Of a stretch of DNA of 45,091 bases, positions 34,696-43,866 are shown piece by piece. The position numbers were made by a program, and so were the translations under genes. The notes beneath the pieces were generated by a model that searched no databases, had not been told where the DNA came from, and saw only the letters and a list, made by a program, of their open reading frames with translations. Positions within the stretch are counted from its first letter, which is position 1, and each line of letters begins with the position of its first letter. The stretch comes from Patescibacteria group bacterium (GTDB lineage: Bacteria; Patescibacteriota; Microgenomatia; UBA1400; PJMF01), in the NCBI GenBank assembly GCA_018816385.1, contig JAHIVK010000010.1, positions 1 through 45,091 on the forward strand, read 5' to 3'.

Positions 34696-36411
34696 TTAAC
34701 TAAATAGACTTTCGAGTGATTTAATTATTTTGGTTGCTGTTTTAATTTTTGGTTTTTTAATTTTCCTTTGAAGTTTTTCAAAAAGTGGCAATTTATCCTC
34801 AATTAATGTTGGTTGAATAGGTTCTAGTTGAAACTTTTTGGGCGCGGAGATAATGGTAGTTGATGGATTTAGGCTCTGATTAGACTGCCAATAATTAATT
34901 TGTTCTAAAATATATGCCAAACCGTTTTCAAGATTGTCTTTGTCTTCTAAGCTGGCAATAAAAACAGGATAATCAAGGTCGTTATTTTCTTTTGAGAGTT
35001 TAATGCAAAATACTAGCGACATTTTTTGATTTGCTTGTTGGCTTCCAGAGGTAACAGTTCTAGTGGTAGTACCTTTATAAAAAATTCCTCTTGGAAGGCT
35101 TACTATGGCTTTTAGTTGGCATTTAGAAGAAATATATTTTCTTAAAAATTCATCTTGAGAATTGGCAAAAAAACCTTCTGGTAAAATTAAACAAATTCTT
35201 CCATTTGATTTACAACTTAAAATAGCTTGTTGTATTGAAAGGGCATATTCAGAAGGATTATCTCTCAAGTCTTTGTTGCCCATTTGTTGAGATAAGTGTC
35301 GGTATACTTGATCTAGATCATTGAGTGTATTTTCTGGATCATACTTGTTGCCTCCGGCTGGATTGCTTATCACTATATCCCAACCATTACCGTGGTTGAC
35401 TAAACCATTGGCTTGTTGAATTGGAATATTGTCAATTTCTTCTCCCATGATACCAAAACATAACGCCAGATAGGTTTTAGTAACATAATAGGGTAAATCG
35501 GCAATATCAATGCCCATAATATTTTCTAGTTTAACCCCTGAATTTATGGCCGCGCTAATAAAACTTCCACTGCCACATTCAAAATCAATCACTCTATCTC
35601 GATCTGTAAACTTGACCAAGTTTGCCATGAAACTAACAACTGGGCTGGGTGTAATAAATTGATTTAAGTGAATCCCCTGAAAGGCTCTGAGAATTTGGTT
35701 TTTAAATTCTGTGCCGATATCTTCATTTAAGGATTGTTGCCAATCATATTTAATTAAAAGTTCTCTAATAGCAAGTTGACGGTCGTGATATCCATCCAAA
35801 GAAACATAAGGCTGCTTTGAAACGTAGTTTGACTGGTTTTTTAAGAATTCATATATTTGAAGAGTAACATTTTTAATTATTGCTGGGGTCAATTTTTTGT
35901 CTTTACCCAAAATGTAAACTGAGGCAAGATCATAAAATAACTCTTTAAAAGTTTGTGGAGTAAGAATTGGTTTGTGAGACTCTATACCATAAAGTTTTTT
36001 AAGTTCTTCATAGGTAATAATCTTTTTTAGTTCTTCACTGTCATCAATTATTTGTCCATCTTTTTCATCTCGAAAATACTTATAAAATTTAATTGATCGA
36101 CCAACTGTAGTGGCAAAATATTTCGGAGGATGAGGAGAAAATTGAAGAAATCTAATGTATGAAATTGCTTGAGTTTTAGCATTTTGTTCTGAACCGTTTT
36201 TTCTTTTTGATTCAACTATGAGTAAGGGGCTTTTATTTGCATAGTAAACAATGTCTGGCTCTAATGAACGACCACTTCCAACCGAAATACTGGCATCAGA
36301 TTTGATTTTTAAATTTTCTCTATTTCCGGCTTGAGGATAGCCGTATTGAGAAAAGGCAGGAATAATATCATGAACTATGTATGAATCTTCTGATCGTTTG
36401 GTACTTGACAT
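34696..36411 (-). CDS. Fusion of an N-terminal PD-(D/E)xK (HSDR_N-like) nuclease domain and an N6-adenine methyltransferase-like domain
   Basis: EPDIVYY...LLIVESKRK near the N-terminus. Motif I VIDFECGSGSF. Motif IV reads ISNPAGG instead of NPPY/F. Confidence 0.7.
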   Translation of the reverse strand: MSSTKRSEDSYIVHDIIPAFSQYGYPQAGNRENLKIKSDASISVGSGRSLEPDIVYYANKSPLLIVESKRKNGSEQNAKTQAISYIRFLQFSPHPPKYFATTVGRSIKFYKYFRDEKDGQIIDDSEELKKIITYEELKKLYGIESHKPILTPQTFKELFYDLASVYILGKDKKLTPAIIKNVTLQIYEFLKNQSNYVSKQPYVSLDGYHDRQLAIRELLIKYDWQQSLNEDIGTEFKNQILRAFQGIHLNQFITPSPVVSFMANLVKFTDRDRVIDFECGSGSFISAAINSGVKLENIMGIDIADLPYYVTKTYLALCFGIMGEEIDNIPIQQANGLVNHGNGWDIVISNPAGGNKYDPENTLNDLDQVYRHLSQQMGNKDLRDNPSEYALSIQQAILSCKSNGRICLILPEGFFANSQDEFLRKYISSKCQLKAIVSLPRGIFYKGTTTRTVTSGSQQANQKMSLVFCIKLSKENNDLDYPVFIASLEDKDNLENGLAYILEQINYWQSNQSLNPSTTIISAPKKFQLEPIQPTLIEDKLPLFEKLQRKIKKPKIKTATKIIKSLESLFS

Positions 36412-36442
36412 ATGTTTGGTTTTATCTTATATAATGTCTTTG

Positions 36443-36481
36443 GATCGTGGAACACGATCGGCAAACCCCTCCGGGGGTTTG
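36443..36481. other. Two adjacent GC-rich hairpins (gatcgtg-gaa-cacgatc and caaacccc-tccg-ggggtttg) between DUF3800 and the methylase fusion
   Basis: Seen directly. They separate the overlapped four-gene operon from the fifth gene. Confidence 0.5.
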
Positions 36482-36488
36482 TTTCTTT

Positions 36489-37235
36489 TTATGGAAATAT
36501 TTTTAAACCGTAACCTAAAAAATCATCCTTTGGAAATTGACGATACATTTTAGGCTTGATAATTCTAAAGGCTAGGTTTTCTCTTTCAGGATAAAGAACA
36601 TAATTTGCTAAAGGGTAAGCAATAAGGTCACACAACTGAGTTCCAGCCACATTGGCTTCTTTTTTTTGAAAATCTATTTCTGTAAATCTATTGATCAATC
36701 TGTTTGAATCTACATATTGGGTGCCGTTTGAAATAATAATTTGATATTGATCATGCAATTTAGAGTCTTCGTTTTTCCCTCTTGCCTCAGCAATAACTTC
36801 AACTTTACAGCTCTTAAATTTGTCGGTTAGAAAAATTGTTCTTTCTAAAACAAAAGTAAGAGAAAGATCATAAGGATTGTTTGCTTGAGGCCCATATAAA
36901 TTAATCAGCTTGTCTTTAAGTACAGCGCATGCAATAACTGTAAATTCAGTTTTTTCAATTAGGTTATCTAAATCGTTATAAAAATCACTTCTTAATTTTG
37001 GATCGCCTAAAGACTTGAAAGCAAATTGCCATTTTCTAATATCTCTTGAGTGTAAAATAATATCGGTGTTATCAAAATATTTTAATTTGATTTTATTAAC
37101 GTTGGGGATAAATGTTTGTTTATAATATTCTTTTTCAATAACGCACCCGCATAATAATAAAATAGGAAACTCTTGTTTGGTTGTTTTTAATCCATGATGT
37201 CCTGATTCGTCTAAAAACAGGTAGTAATTCTTCAT
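36489..37235 (-). CDS. DUF3800 family protein
   Basis: N-terminal YYLFLDESGHHG and C-terminal GTQLCDLIAYPLA, the pattern I recall as typical of DUF3800. Confidence 0.65.
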   Translation of the reverse strand: MKNYYLFLDESGHHGLKTTKQEFPILLLCGCVIEKEYYKQTFIPNVNKIKLKYFDNTDIILHSRDIRKWQFAFKSLGDPKLRSDFYNDLDNLIEKTEFTVIACAVLKDKLINLYGPQANNPYDLSLTFVLERTIFLTDKFKSCKVEVIAEARGKNEDSKLHDQYQIIISNGTQYVDSNRLINRFTEIDFQKKEANVAGTQLCDLIAYPLANYVLYPERENLAFRIIKPKMYRQFPKDDFLGYGLKIFP

Positions 37236-38050
37236 ATAACATCCTTTCGTTCACCTCTAATCACCTGTTCTGTTTTTTCAATTAAATCATTCAGCATTTT
37301 TTCTGCTATTTGTATATTGTTTTGATACTCGGTTTCATTATTTTCCCTTTTTGCCTCCATCGCTTTTTCATGAAAATTATTCATTTTTAGATATTCTTTT
37401 TCAATATTTTTTTGGACTTTATCTGAGATTAACGGTATTTTTATTTCTGCAATACAATTTTGCGTGAGCTCCGTCTGGCCAGATACACCACTTTCATATC
37501 TTTCGATTTGTTGTTGTCCAAAAATTGTTTTTAAATAAGCCTCTACATAAAATGAGTTAATTTTTTTAAATCCAAGAGTATTAATATGTCCAGTAATTCC
37601 AATTTTTTGATTGATAGGTTTTCCAAGAAATAGAGAACTTCTTCCAATACTTCCTGCGCCACTTCTTACAATTAATATATCTCCATATTTTGGTTGAGAC
37701 TTAGATATTCTTTGAAAATGAGAATCGACAATTTGCTTTAAAGATGAGTAATCAATACCAGTAAACTTTATATCAATGACGCTTATCATTGGTATTCCTT
37801 TTGATACATATTTATCGCCTTTTTTTGTTCTTAAACCGTCACCTTGATTACATCTAGTTAAGTCTTTTCCCAACTTTTCTATTTTAAATTTTTTATCCAT
37901 CTCCATTAATGTTTTTTCAAATTTAGGATGCCAATAATCCGTGCTTAGTCTACTAAACGGTTTTTCGTCCATCATATCTTTTAGAGTTTTGTCAATTCTA
38001 ATCATTACTCCGTTTTTTTCATCTACTATCTGTTTTGTATTATTTGTCAT
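37232..38050 (-). CDS. Restriction-modification specificity subunit, HsdS-like with a single TRD (half-size)
   Basis: KGIPMISVIDI, YGDILIVRSGAGSIGRSSLF and GQTELTQNCIAEIKIPL, followed by a C-terminal helical region. Confidence 0.7.
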   Translation of the reverse strand: MTNNTKQIVDEKNGVMIRIDKTLKDMMDEKPFSRLSTDYWHPKFEKTLMEMDKKFKIEKLGKDLTRCNQGDGLRTKKGDKYVSKGIPMISVIDIKFTGIDYSSLKQIVDSHFQRISKSQPKYGDILIVRSGAGSIGRSSLFLGKPINQKIGITGHINTLGFKKINSFYVEAYLKTIFGQQQIERYESGVSGQTELTQNCIAEIKIPLISDKVQKNIEKEYLKMNNFHEKAMEAKRENNETEYQNNIQIAEKMLNDLIEKTEQVIRGERKDVI

Positions 38051-39038
38051 AAAACTCCTTGAATTTAGCTAATATTGTATCAAAGTTACCTTGTAAAAGT
38101 TTTTCTGTACTGGCTAAAAATACCGTATAGTTAAAATCTGTTATTGTTTCTTTTTGAAGAATCAAAATACTTGTTTTAGCATTAGTGCCTTCCTGCTTGA
38201 AAGTCTCCCTGGGTAAAGAAACAATACCTACCACTTTTGTTTTTTCTGCAATAAATTGTCTAACATAGTGATAGGTGGAGTTTGCCAGGATTCCATCTGG
38301 AATGATAATGGCTATAAACCCACCTTGTTTAGCCAATTGAATAAATCTATCAATAAACAGAATCTCGATGGCAATTGATTCAACATCTTTAATATTTGGC
38401 GGTGGCGTTGAGTTTCCACCCCAAGTTTGTGAACCCCACGTGGCTTCACCCCATAAAGCTTTCTGATTATCATCGATAGTTTTTTTTGACCTTTTTTTAT
38501 ATCCAAGAATATTAAAACTTTTTAAATGTTCAAGTATGTTAATTGACTCTTTTGTATTTTTATCCTTTAAAGAAGAAAAGCCCATGCCTCCGTATGGCGG
38601 ATTACCAACCACCGCGTCAAATTCTTTGAGCCCTCCCTTTTTATAACTAAAAACTTTTTGAGGTAGCTCCAAAAGACCATCTTGCTGATGAAAATGATCA
38701 AGCATTTTTTTCTTATCAGCTTTAAATAAGTCATGAAGAATTGAAATTTCTTCCCACCTTTTTACAACTTCTCCGTCAATATCTATACCAAAAATGTAGG
38801 GAGTTTTATGTACTGGATGATATCCGGTAAAATCACTGGTAACAGCTGTTTTAAGAAATATACCTTCACCGCAAGCAGGGTCGATGACAGAGGGGTAATG
38901 TGTTGGCTTGTGACTTTGCCACCTTTCCGTATCTTGGTCTTCTTTATTTTTCATAACTAAAAGCATTTGAAAGATAAAGTTGACCACTATTTTTGGAGTG
39001 TAAAAAATGCCTAAGTCTTTTTGCTTTTGATTATTCAT
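38040..39038 (-). CDS. N6-adenine DNA methyltransferase (gamma class, Eco57I/TaqI-like)
   Basis: GIFYTPKIVV, motif I DPACGEGIFL, motif IV VVGNPPYGG. Confidence 0.8.
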   Translation of the reverse strand: MNNQKQKDLGIFYTPKIVVNFIFQMLLVMKNKEDQDTERWQSHKPTHYPSVIDPACGEGIFLKTAVTSDFTGYHPVHKTPYIFGIDIDGEVVKRWEEISILHDLFKADKKKMLDHFHQQDGLLELPQKVFSYKKGGLKEFDAVVGNPPYGGMGFSSLKDKNTKESINILEHLKSFNILGYKKRSKKTIDDNQKALWGEATWGSQTWGGNSTPPPNIKDVESIAIEILFIDRFIQLAKQGGFIAIIIPDGILANSTYHYVRQFIAEKTKVVGIVSLPRETFKQEGTNAKTSILILQKETITDFNYTVFLASTEKLLQGNFDTILAKFKEFYDK

Positions 39039-41955
39039 AAAGGTTAAATACTGTAATAGCTATCAATTCTTCTGATTGTCTTAGTTCAAGTTTACCATTT
39101 AATGTTTCAATTTCTTTCATTTGTTGTTTTAGGGCTTCTTCCTCTTCTTTAATTAAAATTGTATTGAGCTGTCTAAGCCGTAGTTGTTTCTTTTGAATTT
39201 TTTGATCAAAGCCTCTTTTTTCTTGAAAGTCTAAAGTTTTCTCCCTTTTTCGTTTGATTTCTTCTAGTTCATTTTTGACCTTGTCAATTGAGTCTTTGGT
39301 TTTTAATGAATAGTTGTCCCAATAACGATTAATTCTGTCCATTTCCCTGATATAGAGTTTTTCATTTCTGTTTTGATATTTTTTAAGTATATTTGTTTTC
39401 CATTTATTCCAGTGATTATATAATTCTTTTTTTTCTAGGGGTGATTTATTGACGGTTTTTGATAGTATTTCACTATTTGCTTCGACCAAAATTTTTGATG
39501 TTTCAACATCTAAGGGTAAAAAGTTCCCATTGGCTTTAACAAAAGCAAGCGGAGCTAGGATTTCATCTTCCTCTACAGCTGAAATTTGTAATTTAAAAAC
39601 ATATATTACCCCATTGTGATACTTGAGAATCTTTTGTTTTTGTTTCCCTAATTGTTGAATGTTTATTTTGATAGTTGGAATAGGATTAGTTGATATTTTT
39701 AATGTTTCATCAAGAATTTTCTTTATTAACGGGTGGTCGTTATGAACCCTAGATATTTTCCCTTTTTCATTCTCTTTTTCTTCTCTAAATAAGAACTTCT
39801 TTTTTTTACCATCTAACATTATTTGAGCAATATTCGACTTTTCTAAATAAGCAAATTTGTCTTTATAGTATTCTTGACAAAGTCGTAATAACGCAGAGTC
39901 ATACTCGTTTAATGTTTGGTTTACATCAATTTGAGTTTGCTTGAATAGTTTTGAGACTGGAGAATCAAATTGCTCAAGTATAAGACTTTTTGTTTTCTGA
40001 ATATCAGTAGAGACGGATGCTTTTAAATTTTGCTGCAATTGTTGAAATGCTTTATCAATTTCTTCCGGAGTTTTACAGTTTTGATAAATGTCTAAGATTC
40101 TTTGTTCAAATTCAATCTCGGCTTCAATATTACCAAGAATTTCGTCGGAGGCTCCAAATAAACCATTAAAAAGGCCTAATTTTTCAGTTAATAATTCCAG
40201 GACTCTTTTATCTGCATAATTTTTGGTATTGAGTAGGTTGGCAATAATAACTTCATATTTTTGACCATAGCGATGAACCCTGCCGATTCTTTGTTCAATT
40301 CTCTGAGGATTCCAGGGAAGATCATAGTTGATTAATAAATTAGCAAATTGGAGATTTAAACCTTCAGATCCAGCCTCGGTGGTTAAAAAAACCTTTTTAT
40401 TGGGATTTGATCGAAATTCGTAAACCAGGGCTTGCCTGATAGCTATTTGTTTTGAGTATTGAATGGCTGACTCTGGAAATTCTTTTTTCCATTTATCATA
40501 TGCTTTGGCAGAATGTTCCGAAACGTTATGACCGCTAAATGGCACAAAGCCAACATTGGCTTTATTAAGTATTTTTTGTAAATACTTTTGAGTTCTGGTG
40601 CTTTCCGTAAAAACAACAATCTTTTGAGGCCAATTTCTTTTTTTAGCAATTTTCAGTACTTTTAAAGTACTTTTGATCAATGCTTCACCTTTTGTGTTAT
40701 GAGTAATTGATTTAGCTAAATTATAGTATTTTTTTAACTCATTTATTTCTTCAATGATTTCATTATCACTGAAACTTGAAGATACTCGTCCTCGAGAAAT
40801 TTTTGATTCATTGATTTCGACTTCTTCGACACTTAAGGACTCCTCATCAAAATCAATGCTTGTTTCTTCTTTTAACTCTTTTTTTCTTAAACTAATCTCA
40901 TACTCTAATCTTTCGTAAAGTTTCTTCAAGGTTGGAGCTATGGCAAAGGAGGAGCTAGCAAGAAGTTTTCTGTATACCAGAATCATTAGATTTCTTTGAG
41001 TTGATTCGATTGAAGCTATATTCTTCCGTTGAAGGTAAGTAGATACTTGCTCATACAATTTTTGTTCATCTTGAGTGGGAGTAAAATCCTGAGTTAAAGA
41101 ATTTCTGGGTGGAAAATTTACATACTCTTTTACTTGCCTTCTCAAAGTTCTGGTTACTATTCCAGTAGGTGAAAAATTATCTTGGGCATCACCGATGACT
41201 AAATTTCTAAGAATCTTTAGTGTTTCGTTCTTTAAGCTCGGATTTTCGTTAATCTTATCAATAAATCTTGTCTTAAAGTGATAGATATTACCCAGTAATT
41301 TGTTGTCAATAAATGAGGCTAGCCCATAAAGCTCGAGAAGACTATTTTGAAGAGGGGTGGCAGTGAGGAGTAGTTTAGGTTTATCTTCTATTGCTTCCCG
41401 TAAAGCAAAGGCCATTTTTGATGCGTCTTTTCCTTTATAAACCCTCCTTAATCTGTGAGCTTCATCAACTACTACTAAATTCCAAGGCTGCTTTTTCACG
41501 AGGGGCATTCTTTTGTAGAGAAATGGAAGTGAACATATATAAATCGAGTCATAAGTAAACGGAGTTTTCTTTCCCTTGTTTATTTGGTTTTCAAAATATT
41601 TTGAGTCAAGAACAGTTGATTTTAGTCCGAAATGTGTTTCAAGCTCTTCTTTCCACTGAGTTCTTAATGAAGCAGGGACTATTATTAGTATTCTTCGTTT
41701 CTCTTCTAACCATAACTGTGAAAGGACAATTCCTGCTTCGATAGTTTTTCCTAAACCGACTTCATCTGCAAAAATACAACCTCTAGCAAGCGGGCTATTA
41801 AATGCGTATATAGCTGATTGAATTTGGTAGGGATTTAAGTCAATGGTAGACTTAGCAAGTAATGAAGATAAACGCTCAAGTTGACCAGCAGACTTTTTTA
41901 AACTAATTTTCTCTGCCCAATATTTCAATGCAAAAATGTTTATACCTTTATTCAT
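39031..41955 (-). CDS. SNF2-family helicase/translocase with a ~330 aa C-terminal extension ending in a coiled coil
   Basis: DEVGLGKT, VVVDEAHRLRR, LLLTATPLQNS, TEAGSEGLNLQ, WNPQRIEQRIGRVHRYGQK. I saw no nuclease motif. Confidence 0.88.
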   Translation of the reverse strand: MNKGINIFALKYWAEKISLKKSAGQLERLSSLLAKSTIDLNPYQIQSAIYAFNSPLARGCIFADEVGLGKTIEAGIVLSQLWLEEKRRILIIVPASLRTQWKEELETHFGLKSTVLDSKYFENQINKGKKTPFTYDSIYICSLPFLYKRMPLVKKQPWNLVVVDEAHRLRRVYKGKDASKMAFALREAIEDKPKLLLTATPLQNSLLELYGLASFIDNKLLGNIYHFKTRFIDKINENPSLKNETLKILRNLVIGDAQDNFSPTGIVTRTLRRQVKEYVNFPPRNSLTQDFTPTQDEQKLYEQVSTYLQRKNIASIESTQRNLMILVYRKLLASSSFAIAPTLKKLYERLEYEISLRKKELKEETSIDFDEESLSVEEVEINESKISRGRVSSSFSDNEIIEEINELKKYYNLAKSITHNTKGEALIKSTLKVLKIAKKRNWPQKIVVFTESTRTQKYLQKILNKANVGFVPFSGHNVSEHSAKAYDKWKKEFPESAIQYSKQIAIRQALVYEFRSNPNKKVFLTTEAGSEGLNLQFANLLINYDLPWNPQRIEQRIGRVHRYGQKYEVIIANLLNTKNYADKRVLELLTEKLGLFNGLFGASDEILGNIEAEIEFEQRILDIYQNCKTPEEIDKAFQQLQQNLKASVSTDIQKTKSLILEQFDSPVSKLFKQTQIDVNQTLNEYDSALLRLCQEYYKDKFAYLEKSNIAQIMLDGKKKKFLFREEKENEKGKISRVHNDHPLIKKILDETLKISTNPIPTIKINIQQLGKQKQKILKYHNGVIYVFKLQISAVEEDEILAPLAFVKANGNFLPLDVETSKILVEANSEILSKTVNKSPLEKKELYNHWNKWKTNILKKYQNRNEKLYIREMDRINRYWDNYSLKTKDSIDKVKNELEEIKRKREKTLDFQEKRGFDQKIQKKQLRLRQLNTILIKEEEEALKQQMKEIETLNGKLELRQSEELIAITVFNLYE

Positions 41956-42094
41956 AAAGTATTTTCAATGGTAATGAGTTAATACCTTTTGTGCATGAGA
42001 AGTGAAAAGGTCATACTCAAAACTGGTATTATTACCGAGTGCACAAAATATATTATCTGCCCTACGCAATATATTAATACACTAGTTTCAATAA

Positions 42095-42398
42095 TACAAT
42101 TACAATGAGTTAAGGAATATTTATTTGGATATTGATGGAGTGTTACTAACCAGTGATGTTAAGCCAGCTGACTATAGTGCCCACAAATCAAATTTATCAC
42201 ATTTGTGATCTTGAAAAATTCATCAAATTTGTCTTGCGCGAACCATACGTGCATGAGTTTGTGGAATATGTAACTGGAAAATATCCTTGCTATTGGTTAA
42301 CGACACATTGCAGAAGGGATACTCAAGCAATAGCAAAAACATTTAAGTCGTCTTGCAGAGAATTCAATCTTCATATTGACTCGCTTTTCTTCTCGTGA
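42095..42398 (+). pseudogene. Possible frameshifted HAD-like hydrolase remnant
   Basis: One frame reads IYLDIDGVLLTSD (HAD motif I DxDGVL) with no ATG and stops near 42206. The tracked ORF 42153..42398 continues in another frame with CYWLTTHCR. Confidence 0.35.
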
Positions 42399-42404
42399 TA
42401 TATA

Positions 42405-43052
42405 TTGTTCAGTATGTTATACAATTCAACAAGGAAAAGAATTTTTGAAATGCTGAAACAGGCAATTACTAGTGGGGATTCGATTTCTCTCCGCGCTATA
42501 GGAGGCGAGCTTGATTTAGCTGCTAATACAATCCTTTACCATATAAAAAAACTTGAAGAGAAGGGTCTTGTGGTAAGAAATACAGGTGGAAAAGTGGTAC
42601 GAGTGAACTCCCCCGATGACGGTTCTGCTATTGCTTATTTACCTCTTTTGGGAAATGCTGCTTGTGGTCAACCACTTAATACAATAGCTGATGAAAACAC
42701 AATTCGAATGATTCCAGTGCCACTTAATATTTTGGGCAGAAATTCTAAACAAAACCTATACTTAATTGAAGCAGTTGGAGATAGCATGGCTGAAAAAATT
42801 GAAAATGGCGACTATGTAATTTTTGAGCCAAATCCAGCTCCCCTTCCAGGTCAGATTGTTGTTGCTAGGACAAAAGACGGCTTTACAATAAAAGTGTTTA
42901 ACAAAACGGCATCCCAATGTATTCTGGAGCCTTTAAACCCCGATTACCTGCCTTTGGTTTTTGAGAAGAGTGAAATTGATGAATCTTTTAATATTGACGG
43001 CGTAGCTGTAGGTATCTTTAAACCGCAACAAAATTTAAGAGGAGGTGATTAA
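42405..43052 (+). CDS. LexA-like repressor: winged-helix DNA-binding domain plus S24 peptidase domain
   Basis: LRAIGGELDLAANTILYHIKKLEEKGLV (wHTH). AVGDSM has the Ser nucleophile and DGFTIKV the Lys. Confidence 0.75.
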   Translation: MFSMLYNSTRKRIFEMLKQAITSGDSISLRAIGGELDLAANTILYHIKKLEEKGLVVRNTGGKVVRVNSPDDGSAIAYLPLLGNAACGQPLNTIADENTIRMIPVPLNILGRNSKQNLYLIEAVGDSMAEKIENGDYVIFEPNPAPLPGQIVVARTKDGFTIKVFNKTASQCILEPLNPDYLPLVFEKSEIDESFNIDGVAVGIFKPQQNLRGGD

Positions 43053-43272
43053 AATGATAAAAGCAAAACGGTCAAGTACAGTTCGCAGAAAATTTCTTGC
43101 GAAGCGAGGCCTTAAACGATCGCCAAAAGGGAAAGAGGTCGCACACAAAAAAGCACTGGTTTTAGGCGGGAAGGATGATCCCAGAAACTTGATATTAAAA
43201 AAAAAGTCTACTCATAATAAGGAAACTAAGAGGTTATTAAAGAAAATAACCAAACGGCGAACGAAGAAATAG
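43045..43272 (+). CDS. Very basic 75-aa protein with a minimal HNH-like motif
   Basis: VAHKKALVLGGKDDPRNLILKKKSTHNK fits H...GG...N-L...H. Overlaps the LexA-like stop by 8 nt. Confidence 0.45.
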   Translation: MIKMIKAKRSSTVRRKFLAKRGLKRSPKGKEVAHKKALVLGGKDDPRNLILKKKSTHNKETKRLLKKITKRRTKK

Positions 43273-43276
43273 AAAA

Positions 43277-43345
43277 ATGGATCAATTAGTTTATAAACTC
43301 TACGGCCCCACGCTAGCGGAGATTAAAATTGTAGAAAGAAAGTGA
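43277..43345 (+). other. 22-codon mini-ORF MDQLVYKLYGPTLAEIKIVERK, resembling the conserved C-terminal tail of RM/BREX-type methylases
   Basis: Translated by hand. Its TGA shares one base with the ATG of the next ORF (TGATG). Confidence 0.5.
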
Positions 43346-43782
43346 TGGATTCAAAGCAGTTTAAGGGACAAAAATATAAAGTCGGACAAACCAATGTGGC
43401 TAAGATTGTTAAACAAGACTTTTTAGCTAAAGGTTTCAATGTCCGTACTTACGAAAATAATTTAGCAACTACGTCTGGACTTGTGAAAATTCTGGAGATT
43501 ATTTCTGAGAAACCTAATTCAGAGCGTTTTGTTATGAGGTGGGATAAAAATCAGCAAACCGCGGATATAGATATTTATAAAGGTAAAAATTTCAGGAAAG
43601 ATCTATGGAGTCAAGATGGCTTTAAAGGCCACCATCCACAAATAAAACAAGAAAGAAATAAAGAAAGAGTTTTTAAATTAGATATTGCAACTCCGAAAGG
43701 CCCAATTTTCAAAGGACTTATCAAGGTGGCAGTCCACCACAAATTACGCCTAGAAGATAGCATTGGTTTACATGACGGATAA
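43345..43782 (+). CDS. Hypothetical protein
   Basis: ORF only. No recognisable motif. Confidence 0.45.
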   Translation: MDSKQFKGQKYKVGQTNVAKIVKQDFLAKGFNVRTYENNLATTSGLVKILEIISEKPNSERFVMRWDKNQQTADIDIYKGKNFRKDLWSQDGFKGHHPQIKQERNKERVFKLDIATPKGPIFKGLIKVAVHHKLRLEDSIGLHDG

Positions 43783-43862
43783 ACAAATCAGTTAAGTTAG
43801 TTTTTTACAAACTCTACGGCCTCGAACCGGAGGAGATAAAAATTGTGGAAGGGAATAAATAG
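43776..43862 (+). other. Second methylase-tail-like fragment, ...LVFYKLYGLEPEEIKIVEGNK, with no start codon
   Basis: Translated by hand. Similar at DNA level to 43277-43345 (aaactctacggcc...gagat.aaaattgt.gaa). Confidence 0.5.
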
Positions 43863-43866
43863 AATT

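Noticed and set aside
34696-41955. Calling the locus a canonical type I RM system or a DISARM system
   Set aside because: There is no HsdR-type nuclease-helicase. DISARM would require DrmA/DrmB (DUF1998) and DrmC (PLD), and none is present. I therefore report it as unclassified.
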